A stretch of 63,112 bases of DNA, filler included, from Dirinaria sp. TL-2023a (GCA_051941275.1; 11 parts of 11 records of this genome joined end to end with filler, not necessarily neighbours in it); one strand, 5' to 3'. Shown: positions 50,116 to 63,112, counted from the whole stretch's first letter. Numbers and translations are program-made. The notes: generated by a model not told the origin, from the letters alone.

Positions 50116-51671
50116 GCTGTAGCAGAGGGACGGTGTTTATTGCAACACCCTCCCAACAGCAGATTCGATGGAAAAGTGGTGCTTGGGTTGTGAAGGCGAG
50201 GAGGGTAAGTACACTCGTTGGGCAATGGGAAATTAGACTACCTTCTCAGTCAGCGAGACGATTCCTCAATACCTTTGCAGGCTCCAAATTCATTGTATTG
50301 CAGTGTATGGTGGGTGTCTCTTAGGCATGGTTGTCGTCTGGGGGAGCGACAAATTTTTCTTCAGGGAACACGTACGGGGTGTGAGGGCGAAGACCCGGGT
50401 GTTTCAAGCAAATATGGGGTGAATGTTGAATGTATCAAATACTAAGACACTGATCGAATCGAACGGAGCCAGGCCGATGATGAAGTGACGAATGTGCGTG
50501 GGGAGTAAAAGTAAGTGACTGACTATTACCGTGTACCTCAGCCGTCACAGGGGGAAAAGATGGGATACAGAAAGCGCCACGAGAGATACCAGCTGTCAAC
50601 AATTGCAGTGCCCGCTGTGTCAAGGGCCGAGTACAATGGTCGGATTGCTGTCGACTGCCAGATGAAGGCGTCGAGGCAAGTGTTAAGGTGATCGTGGATG
50701 CAAATAATGAGGTGGTGGAAGGGGCAAAAGACGAAGGTGGAATGATCTGTACGACTCAGGAGCAGCAAAAATGCTTTTACCGAAGCGAGGCCGAAACGCG
50801 GGACCGAACAGGGAAAGAGGGAAAGAATGTGGGTAATTGAAGGGCAAGTGTGGTATGCAACAAACACGCAAAACAACGTGAAGGGAAAGAACAAATGCCG
50901 CCGGAATTGCACACACACACAGGGTTAGGTATGATAGATATGGGCAGAGGTCAAGGAGGTTTTATCGATTCGAGGTGGGTTTTTGGAAGGTTTGATGATT
51001 GAAGGCGGAGAGGAACACAAGAGGGAGCACACACCCAGTCACCCACGCAAGCATACGCACAACCTGCCTGACCCCTAAGCACTTTATTTCATCTGGCGGC
51101 ACACAGGCTTAGTAGGCTACGGTAGTCCAGGAGTAAGGTAGGGGAGCCACCGAGCCAAGCAAGTGGTGCCAGGGTCATCCTGTGGTCCTTTCTTCTCTGG
51201 GTTTACGGGGGAGTCTTAGCCCACACAACGCTTGAACGCGTCGGGCTTTGTTTCAGCGGGCTAATGACGGCGCAACCAGACACCTGCTAAGGGCACCCTA
51301 CGTGTAATTCATATTAAGGTCTTCTTATTATGATTAAAACGGAGCATGCCCCATACTCATCAAAGAGCTTCATCCATTATTACTTCCAAACTCGTACAGT
51401 ACACGCCAATTCGCCCAATCAAATCATTTTCGAACGAAATTGAAAGAAACAAGGACGGATTCCCAGCCTGCCCAGCACAGAGACACGCCCCTTCCCCGGA
51501 TCATCCTTCCATTGAGCCGCCCATCCTACGAAAAAAGCCGGCAGGACCTACTATTACTACTACTATTACTACTACACTACCACCTTATTACCTTATGTTA
51601 CCTTTCTGCTGATGAGCACTCTTGACGATCTCATCGCCATGCATCCCTCTTTCCCCCCCTGCCCTCACCCC

Positions 51672-51771
51672 NNNNNNNNNNNNNNNNNNNNNNNNNNNNN
51701 NNNNNNNNNNNNNNNTTAATTAATTAANNNNNNNNNNNNNNNNNNNNNNNNNNNNNNNNNNNNNNNNNNNN
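51672..51771. other. Artificial contig spacer
   Basis: N44-TTAATTAATTAA-N44. Confidence 0.98.
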
Positions 51772-53403
51772 GAGCCTTACAAGGCCTGGGGGTTTTTCAT
51801 GTTGTTTGTTCTCATCCCGATCTCCTGATCTCCTGCGCTCTGGGGCGAGCATCCAGCAAGTCGGCATCCAGCAAGCCAGCATAACCGATAACCGCCCCCA
51901 CGTCCCTTCATCATAAGTGACTTTATGCATGCACGTCATTGTTGTGAAGTCACTAAGCGCCGTTCCCGGAGGCCAGGAATGAAACGTCATCGTCAGTACT
52001 CCCCCAACTGGACTTATACGTCATCTACAGGTCGGTCGGCCTCGTTAGCAGCGAGCTCGCAAGAGTTCGCTGTGGCTGTCCCGATTCCGGAATTCGGTTT
52101 GTTATGAATAAAGTACCTTCAGGTAAAGGAATAATAATGTAAAGGAAGAAGGTAGTTAGTTGTTCGAGGACAATGGCTAAACCCTGTTGGGTGTTTGGAG
52201 ACAGGCGTGAGGTGGGGCATCATCATCCCCTGAGCTGTTTCACTACTTGGATCAATGCAGCCTAGTGCGCCGAGGATGGCGGGTTTCAGGTGATTCTTGC
52301 ACATGTTGGCCTTAACCGAAAGTAATCAATTCATACGAGTGAGTGTGTCTTGTTCATTAAGGTACCTCCTACCTTACCTATGTCTGTACTACTGGCCGTG
52401 GTCCAGACTACGATTACGAGACGCCTCAAACAATCTATCTGCTGCGCGGTGGAGAAAACCAATATTAATGTTGTTTATTAATATATTAATATTGCATCTG
52501 CCATGGGGTCGTTTGATCTCCTCTACAGATAAGGTGGATGTCGTAGAATCAATCCAAGCCTACCTGAAGGTACCCCGGTCTCACCCTCTCGAGTACGAGT
52601 ACGAGTCCTCACCTTCCTGACAGTCCCAGTAATAATATGACCTCGTAGACAGTAGTACCATAGTTCCCTGTAGTCTGTAGTTCCGTAGGCAAAGTATTTT
52701 ACTGTCGTGTCAGACAAAGAACGCACAGATAGCGCAGTCCCTCGAGCCTGTAGGCGCGCTTTTTTCATTGTTGCGCTCCCCACCTATGAAGGCGATGATC
52801 GTCTCTCGAACTTTTCCCATTCACCTACCGCTCAACTGAACCACCTTCGCTTCCATTCTTCGCTTCCATCAATACTTATCCATCATCGTCATCGTCATCG
52901 TCATCATCATTATTATCCATTTCGTCCTCTCACCGACTTTGCAATCCCCCCCTATCACTTCCTACTCGATATCGTCAGCGGGTGCATATCAGCTGTCCCC
53001 GTCACTTCAGCCCCTCGGCTGTCACAGAAGACGCTTCACCCCAAGCAAGTGAGATTGGTCCCCTTTCCCTTTCAGGGTCAGGCTACGTACGATTCAAACA
53101 CCCTGCGGCACGAACTACTGAGTCCTTTCTCGAAACACCGTTGTGCTCCGGCTGCCGTCAGCATCCCTCTTCGATTCTACTGTGCGGTGCCCCTTCTTCA
53201 CCAGCGCTTCCGCTCTTTGAACCTCAGCCTTGACGGTTCAAAATTTGCAACACCACGCAGTCCCCCCACTGAATCCGATTCAGGTGGTCTCCACGCCTCG
53301 GCTGCTCGCAGGCTTCCGAGAAGTTCACCATCGCTGCTTGTTGGATGATCCGCTATCCCATCACGGATCACTGGTGGGGAGAGCAGTGAAGGAGCAATAA
53401 ACG

Positions 53404-56312
53404 ATGGCGGTCCTCGCTTCAAAGGCCCAGTATCCATCATCTTTGGGCATGAATTCAAACCAGGCGGCATCGGTAGGACAGTACTCGGCCGGCCTCTCCA
53501 ACCATCGGGCGCCCCTCACTGGAAGCACTCATAATGCCTCCTACGCAAGTCCCACCGAATCCGAGTTCTCAGAGGCTCAAGATGGTCACGAGCCTGTCCG
53601 GTAGGTAGTTTTTGAGCAGATATATTTTCATCTCATAGGGACAATAGACCTCCAAGTTGCTCGATCTCTTGGCAACAGCAGTCTGCTAACAAATCGAATT
53701 TCAGTTCCTGGGACGAGCGCCGTGTTGCAGAATGGTTACGTGCCATTAATTGCCCCCAGTATGAGCAGCTATTCAAAGGTCAGTCTGCAGTACTGCCGCT
53801 GTCACGGTCGTCCCACTGACAATACCCAGTCAACAACGTGACTGGTAGCAACCTCATCGAGTGTGATCAAAGCGTGCTGAAAGAGATGGGCATTAAGAAG
53901 ATCGGCGACCGCGTGAGGATCTTTGTCGCGATCAAGCAGCTACGGACTAAAGCTGTTGGCAACCACAAGAAGAGAACGCGAGATTCTATCGCTGCTTTGG
54001 ACAACCGCTCACAAGGTGCACCGATGACACCATCCTCCACGAGCTCTCCACGGCACAACACAACCAGAGACCGTTCATTACCGACTCCCTCAACCACAAC
54101 CGCAGCAAGCAATCGGTATTCTCGTCAATTCGATCCAGCAGCTTTCGAGTCTTTTCGTGCCAGCGAAAGCAAAGGCAGGCCTAGCTCGCCACTTGCCGAG
54201 ACTGACGGCAGGGGCTTGCGAGCACAACGATATGGAGCACGTCGACCTGGAACACCAAACCGCCAAAACGTGGCAATGGATTCCACCATTGGCAAACTTC
54301 CCCCGAATTCGCCAGTCATCCGGGTGATTTACAATTGCGGGCAGACAAAGGTGCTGGACATCAAGAACTGCAACACCGCCGACGAGATCCTCTTCAACGT
54401 GCTGAAGAAGCTGAGTCTTCCGGAGCACCACGTTAAAAATTACTGCTTCTATACCCTGGATAACCCGGATCAGGATCCCATGTCGTTTCACCGCATGTCT
54501 GATAGCGAGCTTGTCCGCGTATGTAAAGACCATAGGGGTAACGACAGGAACCGCTTGATACTTCGCAAAATTCACGCAGGCGAGCCCGAGGAGGAAGACC
54601 TACGAAAAGCTTCTTCTATCTATCACGAGGAGCACAACGACTCACACGCCTCTGCTGTCGCGAGTAACCCTCCTCAGAGCAGGAGCAAGGCGGCCAAGAC
54701 CTTGGGCGAGACTTGGGATACCGTCAGCTACCCATTATCTCCAGCTGTTGGCCAGTATACTCAAGGAGCTCCGCCTCCAGCCCCACAGCGAGCCGATCGG
54801 AGTCGAAGTAATAGTAATGTCGCCAACCAGGGATGGGATGCACCAGATTCGCCACATGCTCGACGGCTACCTAGATCGAAGATCAGGGAATTTCACGGTG
54901 GTCGGCCACCGAGCGAGTTGATCAGCCAGGAGCTAACCACCTACTTCCCCGACCATCAGAAGGAGGCCATTGAGCGCACTGTACGAATGTCAATGCGCAG
55001 GTCTGCTCGCCTCAGCAGAGCCGCGAGTCGGATCAGTGTCGCGAGCAATCTTAGCTTCTCGTCAAGTTTGAAGGATGCGCCTCCGCTTCCGAATATTGCC
55101 GACGCTTGGCTTGCTGGGACTGGACAGACTAGGGCTCCACGGCCTTTATCCGTGTCTAGGTTTGCGCTGCCTCAGTCCGCCTATCGTGACTCAGTAGCCT
55201 CAACCTCGCTTCAGCCACTGGCCGAAGAGTCTCCCCTGGAACCAAATCGGAAGTCGTATGTGTCTTTCGATAGTGACACTCAACCTCTCAACAACGCCGG
55301 CGATTCCGAAGGAGCTTCGGCGTTGCAAAGTTACTTTGATGAGTCTGGAAGCAGTGGTCCTACCACGGAGGCTGGAGGTTCTCTGAACGATCATCTCAGC
55401 CATGCCATTGCGGAAGATGGCGAGGAGCCTGATGAAGAGCTGGACTCGTTCCTCAAAGGCAACTCGTGGGACAATGTCAAATGGATGAAGGGCAGGTTGA
55501 TTGGTCAAGGCTCTTTCGGCAGCGTCTTTCTTGCGCTGCATGCTGTGACTGGCGAGCTTATGGCCGTCAAACAAGTCGAGGTGCCCAACAACTTCAACAG
55601 CACCCTTGACAAGAAGAAAGAAAGCATGGTCGCCGCCCTGAAACGTGAGATTGACCTTCTGCGCGACCTCCAACATGAGAATATTGTTCAGTACCTTGGA
55701 TCCAATTCGGATGATGAACACTTCAACATCTTCCTTGAATACGTACCCGGCGGCTCCGTAGCCGCCATGCTAAACTCCTACGGCCAACTCCACGAGCCAC
55801 TCATCCGGAACTTTGTGCGTCAGATTCTGGCCGGATTATCGTATCTTCACGGCCGGGATATCATCCACCGTGACATCAAAGGCGCCAATGTCCTTGTCGA
55901 CAACAAGGGCAGCATCAAAATCTCCGACTTCGGCATCTCGAAACGGGTCGAAGCCTCCGCCCTCCTCCAGCCCGCTTCCAAAGGGGGGCACATCCACCGT
56001 CCCTCGCTTCAAGGCTCCGTCTTCTGGATGGCTCCGGAAGTCGTCAAGCAGACCTCGTACACCCGCAAAGCCGACATCTGGAGCTTGGGCTGCTTGATCG
56101 TGGAAATGTTCACGGGCACGCACCCGTTCCCCAACTGCAGCCAGTTGCAGGCGATTTTCCAGATCGGGAACAGCAGCGCGAAGCCGACGACGCCGGAAAA
56201 TGCGAGCGAAGACGGGCAGGTCTTTCTCAGCCAGACGTTTGAATTCGATCACGAGAAGAGGCCGAGTGCCGATGAGTTGCTGCTCAGTCCATTCTTGAAG
56301 CAAATCGCTTGA
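53404..56312 (+). CDS. STE11: MAP kinase kinase kinase with SAM, Ras-association and kinase domains
   Basis: YASPTESEFS and a SAM domain (WDERRVAEWL, LKEMGIKKIGDR), then RPPSELISQEL and kinase motifs GQGSFG, MAVKQV, HRDIKGAN, SDFG and WMAPEV. Confidence 0.95.
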
Positions 56313-57299
56313 TCCGAAATCAGAATCAGAATTGCCGTTTTGTGATCGAAGTGCTTGCATCGTCGAATTTCACCGCACCGCATTCCAAGCATCTTAAGCA
56401 AATTTACGCCCAGCAACCAGCGCACGCATGAATTGGCCGGCAAATAACTTGACGATCTACTTGACGATCTATGTGCGAGTTATGTGGCCAGTCTAGATTG
56501 CAAAAACCTAGGTTTGGCTAGAAGAGATTTTTTTTGAATCTCGAAGAACATCCCACACCCACACACCCGCGCGCGTTGCAAGCTTCGTTTGCTTTTTCAA
56601 TAATGGATATCGTCGATCGGTCGACCTCTAAAACCATGGATTTGGATCTTTCGAAAAAAGCACAGTCGAAAATCTGTTTCTGCTCTGCTTCATGCTCTGG
56701 GAAGATCTTAAAAATTTCCTCTTCATGAGCCAAAAAATTTCTTCCAATGTCGCGAAAAAGAACAAAAAGCCAATCTACGTCTCTTTCTTTTCTTTTCGAG
56801 AAATCATGATCTGCTGTTCTTTTTTTTTAATTTGTTGTTGTTGTTGCTCTTTCCTGTTCGTTTGTTGTTCTTGTTTTCCTCGGAATTAGCGAGAGCGAGA
56901 AGCGAGCAAATGAACCCATACCTTATTTGTGTACTTCTAAACTCAACGATACGGAACCTTGATGAATTAGCTACCTCCCCCTCTCTTTTATTCCCCTATT
57001 CCAGCTCCTTTTTTACGCCAAAAAAAGCGAGAAGGGGGAGGGGGGGTATTTATTTGCATGCGGCGTTGGTGGTTTGCGCTTTTGCGCGGATGGAGTGAAC
57101 AGGAGGGCATGGGCATGGGGAAGGGAGGAAGAGCATGGGCTTTTAACGTATCTACTGTATTTGTACTCGTGCGAGGGAGCGTACCTTACTTATTTACCCA
57201 CCTACCTAGGGCCCGAAAATGAACCAAGAAAACAAATCTCTCTCTAAAAAAAATGAAGATCCCCCTCTTCTCTCTCTTTTTTCTTTTTCCTTATCTTTT

Positions 57300-57367
57300 T
57301 CTTCTTCTTCTTCTTCTTCTTCTTCTTCTTCTTCTTCTTCTTCTTCTTCTTCTTCTTCTTCTTCTTC
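57300..57367. repeat. (TTC)n microsatellite, about 22 units
   Basis: Perfect CTT/TTC run near the contig end. Confidence 0.95.
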
Positions 57368-57393
57368 CCTTTTTTCCTCAGTAATGCAAAACC

Positions 57394-57493
57394 NNNNNNN
57401 NNNNNNNNNNNNNNNNNNNNNNNNNNNNNNNNNNNNNTTAATTAATTAANNNNNNNNNNNNNNNNNNNNNNNNNNNNNNNNNNNNNNNNNNNN
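57394..57493. other. Artificial contig spacer
   Basis: N44-TTAATTAATTAA-N44. Confidence 0.98.
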
Positions 57494-57926
57494 GGGGCAG
57501 GCGTTGCTTTAGTAGGAGGGATGAGTTGGATTTTATGGAAATGAGATTAGGATTAGATTAAGAAACGCATAAGGTACCCGTGGATTAGAATTGAGCTGTG
57601 CGTTTAGCATGCAATGTTGGTTTTTTTTTTTCCCCGTCCGACTTTTAAAACCTCTCTCCAGCACCGGGCTGCCTTTTGAACCCATGAGTCTTGTGGAGAG
57701 AAAGCGGGATTGACGATCATTCTTTTATTAAAAAGTTAATAGCCAGATAGGGTATCTCGTCGTTGAAGACATAGTGATAAAAGGATGCCAAAAAGTTCAC
57801 CATCATGCCCCTGACCAAAAAGGGGAAAACTTTCGCTCGAGAGGTGTTTCCTTGAAAAAGGTGTTGAAACCTATGTTCAAGAAAACCTAGGGATGTGTGT
57901 GTGTGTGTGCAAAAGATGCTGTAGAT

Positions 57927-59413
57927 TTACTCTTCAGCCCACCTCCTCTCCCTCAACGGCATCTCCTTCCCGCTTGACTCTCGCGAACCGCCCTCCTCCG
58001 CCCTCCAATCCCGATACTCACCTAGACGAACCTCGGCATACGACGCGTAGTCGAAGTCGATCTGGCTGATGGTGGCCTGAATGAGCGCCCAGATCCCCCA
58101 GTAGAACCCGGGGATGCCGCGGAAATGGTCAACGGCGTCGAACAGCTGTCGCTGTAGGGATGGCAGTTCCGACGTCGGGTGCGGTTCGTCGTTCATGAAG
58201 CTGCAGTAGCTATCGAGGTAGTCGGCGATGAAGGCGCGTCGCTGAGAACGGGTTGGAAGGACGTTGTAGTCGCAGTCGAAGCCGCCCCACTCGGCGAAGT
58301 GATTTGCGATGTCGAAGGCAGCAGGCACAGGCGTGGCGTATTCATAGTCGATGAAAGAGACAGGCGCAACGTCGGCCGGGTCAGCAGGCTGGCTCGGGCG
58401 AATGATTACGTTTCCAGAGAGGAGGTCGCAGTGGCCGAATACCAGCTGAGGAATTATATATTAGCGCTCACAGTAGGAATATTCTAACGGCAGACAATGA
58501 AGCGGGGGCGGGCATACACCGTGGTCACCAAGTCCAGGAAAGTTTCCAAACTCGAGCACGATGCGTTCCAGCTCCTGCTGCAGCTCATCCTTACGAGCTT
58601 TCTCCACCTCGGTCCTGGTTGGAAGGGCGAATATCCATTTTTGCATTACAGTCCACAGATTGGGAATGACCTTGCCCGGTGCGGTTGATATTACTTTTCG
58701 GGAGCGAGGGGATGCTTTCGTAGCTAAGGCGTGAAGTTGACGTTCTTCGTCCGGATTTTCTACTCCGTCTACGGGTGGCGTGGATTCGATGGGTAAAGCA
58801 CCATGCCATTCGCCCAATTTACGGGCGATCCCTCGTCGAACTACCTCTCGCCTCATGTCCGCGGGACTGCATACCTGACCACGTATAAAGCTGTAGATCA
58901 AGCCATTCTGGAACCGAGCAAGAAGTGGTGGAGCAAAGTGGTACTGAGCAAGCAGCGAATGTGATACAGTCTCTCCTGTTGGATAGTTAGGCTGTTCTTG
59001 TCATTTGGCCAGGGCGGACGCTGTCAAGCTGCTGTAATCCACCTACTCTCCCTGTCGATTAGGACCTCCGTGCCCTTGCCGTATGCGCGCAGTAAGACAG
59101 CTTCGGCGTCGATCTGCTCTTCGGTATAGCCTGGCTTTTTCTTTACAGCCTTCAAAAGCTTTACCTCCCAGTGTTAGCGAAATCTTCCGAGATGTCCTTG
59201 AGTATGGGTTCAGTCAAAGATTCGGAGACGTACCGTGTTCGTAATCCCATCCGTGAAGCGGATGAATTCCACTTTGCCTTCCTCATGCTGCCACTGGGGA
59301 AAGAGAGCCAAGACTAGCCTTAACGCTGATTTCTCCGACTCTGAAGAATCATGGGAAAGATTTATGTGTCTGATGCTTTTTGAAGCATCTGTGTGAGTGC
59401 TGTGTGGTGACAT
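57927..59413 (-). CDS. Ethanolamine/choline kinase
   Basis: Motifs FTDGITNT, LRAYGKGTEVLIDRE, GHCDLLSGN (Brenner motif), FIDYEYA and FDIANHFAEWGG. Three introns. Confidence 0.92.
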
Positions 59414-60234
59414 TCTCGTTCATGAAGCATGGGGCAGTTTGCAAACATGAAGGGCTCGAAGTAATGTTTGATCCTTGCAGTCTGGATTACGAGAAGCTTG
59501 TCAGCCGCTATTTGTACTTCAATTGACTGGAGCAAACACTGACGTGGAAAGTTCTTTCCTTCTTGCACGAAGATGCCTTGAACAGCAAACTAAAAGCCAG
59601 AGAGTAAGTCGAACAGGTCTCTATGTCCCCATCTTCCTGCTTAACATCAGACAGTCAGAACCCGAACGCTGGCTGCTGCGAACAATTCTCTGAATGAACC
59701 CGGATCACGGAACGGTTGTCTGATGTCTATGTTGTTGCCCATCATGAAATTTTCCGCTCCGCACATTCGCCAATTGGATTCTCGGGGAAACTTCGGTGTT
59801 CAAAGCCGGAGCATCATAATGCCAAGGCCCGGGAATTGCATGTGATAGGGGGCTTTTTTGAGCTAAGAATTGCTCCATTCTGCTTCCATCTCAACCACGG
59901 CACGATGGTGTGGTTACCTGAAGATGCTGGATCTGCCTCAGCGAGCGGCGAGCACTGATCAGCGAATTACCTATTCCGAGACGCGCTCTCAGAGCTAACA
60001 CACACCAGTCGTTGCCGCGGACGTTCATTGGAGGGGAAGCTGCAGCCTTATCTCATCCATCACTGATAAGCCTCTTTACATCGTGAGATCTGCCGTGGAG
60101 ATGCACGCTGTGGAGATGCACGCTACGGAGATGGAAAAAGGAAAGATGGAGATTGTTGGACATACAATCCCGTCTGAGAGCATCGAAATGCTCTCCATTC
60201 CACCGCTTGATCGTAAGCTGTTGGCTTCGGCGCC

Positions 60235-62760
60235 ATGGCTCCAGATCTCGAGAATGCCCATGAGCGGACCAGGCTGCTTTATCATGTGGCCAATGACCGG
60301 CGATTGAGTGCAATACAGCAGGACGAAGATGCCCAATCCATAATATCCAGCCATATCAGTAAGACAGAGCAAGCTCTATCCGCAACGCCTGTAGGGGAGC
60401 GACTTCCTTACAACGACTATACTACTATTGATTGGCTTCATGACCTGGTCTGTGGCTCCGCGACAGGAGAGAACCTAAGACTAATTCTGTGCAGGTCAAA
60501 GACTCGTTCAGATTTCGCGCCATCCACTCTAGGAAGGGGATTCGGGGTCGTTTCTTCTCGGCCTTCGACTCGTGTCAAGGATGGATAGCCGCCGCGCTCA
60601 TTGGTCTCCTGACTGCCTGCGTCGCCTTCTTGGTAGACGTCGCAGAAGCAACTGTCAACGACTGGAAATTGGGCTACTGCACTACAAATGTCTTCGCGCA
60701 TAGGGAGAGCTGCTGTACTGATCGCAGCCCTCTGACCGCGGCCAAGGCGAATCTTGGCGAGGGCTGCAAGGATTGGCATATGTGGACAAGCGATTGGTAT
60801 CGAGCCTTTGGAATCTACCTTGGTTTCGCAGCTGCATTTGGCATCTTCAGCTCCTCTATTACTATGTTGACCAAGAAGAGCTTGCCAGCCATCGCGCCAG
60901 GTCATGGGGACAAGCATCAAGGGCCTGCTTTTGGTGGAGACCACGGCGTTAAAGGCAAATCGATGTATATGGCGGCAGGCTCTGGTATTCCAGAGATCAA
61001 GACTATCCTATCGGGTTTCGTCATACCACATTTCCTTGACTTGAAGGTGCTTGTCATTAAAGCTATTGGCGCAGTGTTCGCCGTAGCGTCTAGCATGTGT
61101 TTAGGAAAAGAGGGGCCTTTTGTACATATTTCCACGTGTGTTGCGTACCTTGTCGGCCTTTGCTTTCCGAAAAATCGTGAGAATGGACGGAAAATGAGGG
61201 AGGTTTTGAGCGCTGGCTGTGCATCCGGGCTTTCGGTGGCCTTTGGGGCACCTATTGGGGGTGTTCTTTTTAGTTATGAGGTAGGGCACCGAGCCTCTCC
61301 ATTTACCCAATCTGGCCACTCCCTGACCATGTTTTCAGGAGATTAGCACCTACTTTCCCCGAAAAGTGCTTTGGCGGGCATTTCTTTGCTCTCTAGTTGC
61401 CGCAGTGGTCCTCAAAGCACTCAATCCGACCGGGACAGGGAAACTGGTCTTGTTCGAGACGCATTACGGAACGACGTACACACCAATACACTACCTAGTT
61501 TTTGTATTTCTTGGAATAATCGGCGGCCTGTTTGGCGGCGTTTTCTGTAAAGCCAATTTCTTATGGTCGAAGAGCTTTCGGAAGTATACCATTATCAAGG
61601 ATCATCCTGTCTTCGAGGTCTTCTTGGTCGTAATTGCAACAAGCCTGTTGCAGTATCCCAATCCCATGACCCGCGAACCAGGGGACATGATCATCAAGAA
61701 CCTCCTTCAAGATTGTCGAGCTTCCGCCGGCCATTGGGTATGCCAGCAGGAAGCTGAACCTGTGCGGCCCCAGTATATTGGTTGGCTCGTGCATGGCATG
61801 CTTTCGAAGCTAGCCCTGACAATTGTCACTTTTGGATGCAAAGTTCCCTCGGGTATTATCATTCCTGCCCTAGATGCAGGTGCTTTTTTTGGCAGACTGA
61901 TTGGGCAGTGGATTACTACTATTTCTCCCGGCATTTTCGCCATGGTGGGAGCTGCAGCATTCTTGGCCGGTGTTTGCCGTATGACGATTTCTCTGTGCGT
62001 GATCATGTTCGAGGTACGTATGCATCCAAATAATCCCGAACAATCTACCTCGGCGGTAGCTAACACCATAGGCCAGCTGACAGGAGAGCTCGAATACATC
62101 GTGCCGAACATGATAGCTATCCTGGTCGCCAAATGGGTCGCAGACGCGCTAGAACACGAAGGTGTCTATGACCTAGCACAGACGGTCTTAGAGCATCCGT
62201 TCCTGGACCTCGATCACGCCATGACCCTGGTCCAGCGGGAAAACGAGCTCGTAGAACGCCTCATCCCCCCAAAACAAACAATGGCCGACATCACCGTGCA
62301 CGTGCCCAAAGACAATCTCGTCTCGCGCAAGATCCTGCATCAGAAACTCGAGCAACTCAAATCCAGAGGCCTGATGGACGGCGGCCTCGTCCTCGTCCAA
62401 GACGGCATGTTGCAGGGCTATATTTTCGAAAGCGAATTGGAATTCGGACTCACCGACCTCGGCGAAGTCTGGGACACGGCGTCCCAAGTGCGACTGCTGG
62501 GAGGAGGAGGAGGAGCAGGAGGAGCAGGAGAAGGCGGTGACGACCACCCACAAGAAGGGATAGGGGAGTTCGATATCTCCTCCTTCGTGGATCGCACCCC
62601 GTTGAGCATCTGCGCCAAAGCGCCCATGGAATACCTGGTCGAGATGTTCGGGAAGTTGGGTCTGCGGTATATCTGTGTGACGGAAGAAGGGTCGGGGAAG
62701 CTGGTGGGCGTGATTCTGAAAAAGAGGTTGGTGGCCTGGCTTGAAAGCTTGAAAAAATAG
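60235..62760 (+). CDS. CLC-family chloride channel/Cl-/H+ antiporter
   Basis: Motifs YTTIDWLHD, GSGIPE, GKEGP (gating Glu), AFGAPIGGVLFSYEE and PSGIIIP, plus C-terminal CBS-like segments. Three introns, including an in-frame one at 62014-62076. Confidence 0.95.
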
Positions 62761-63112
62761 TTCAAATAAGTATGTCATAGGAGGTTCCTTTGTATGTAAA
62801 CCCAAAAAAAAAAAATCTCAAAGAAATTTAGCGATCGCGTCACCTTGACCTAAAGTAGGTAAAAATCGTCGTTCCACACCCCCTTAACCTACCCATACCC
62901 CCCGGCTTTTTTATATGCTTCTAAGAATACATATCTAACATGTATATACCCCGCCCTTTCAAATATTTATCGATTTTTAAATCCCTTACCAAGTCGACTC
63001 TACCCCCCTTTTTCCACTCTACATCTTTTCATGATACCAGACTATAATCAGTTGATCTTTTCTTCACATCACTGTACGAGGACCTAAAATAATCCCCATC
63101 CATCCCCTATCT

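Noticed and set aside
52707..53348. 213-aa ORF upstream of STE11 with an HHRHRHRHHH tract
   Set aside because: It has a GTG start and no recognisable domain. The tract comes from a CATCGT/CAT microsatellite in a probable promoter or 5' UTR.
57219..57393. Poly-Ser ORF
   Set aside because: It is the translation of the (TTC)n microsatellite.
5679..57493. Regularly spaced TTAATTAATTAA as a biological repeat or CRISPR-like array
   Set aside because: It is always centred in 88 Ns. It is a synthetic six-frame-stop linker.

Overview
Intron-rich nuclear DNA from a filamentous ascomycete (Pezizomycotina; the species cannot be determined). The window is not one locus. It is 11 unlinked contigs of about 5.6 kb, sorted by decreasing length and joined by an artificial 100-nt spacer (N44-TTAATTAATTAA-N44), so gene neighbourhood only holds within a contig. 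Most genes are housekeeping: a GH63-like glucosidase, ATP5/OSCP, mccA, DLT1, VPH1, mitochondrial TyrRS (CYT-18 type), a Sip1/GH36 enzyme, AIM24, an MCT-type MFS transporter, a kinesin-10, a HAD phosphatase, ARG8, SDH8, TRP5, MHF2, BNI4, STE11, an ethanolamine kinase and a CLC channel. All names come from recognised motifs, not database searches. The best leads for something undescribed are: (i) a head-to-head pair of an atypical HSPA12-like Hsp70 and a single-pass membrane protein, (ii) a secreted thaumatin-like protein with a dibasic-site/His-rich tail on an accessory-looking contig that also holds a frameshifted hydrolase pseudogene, and (iii) strong intergenic enrichment of the heptamer TAAGGTA. 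None of these is proven novel from sequence alone. I recognised no rRNA, tRNA, CRISPR array or intact transposon.
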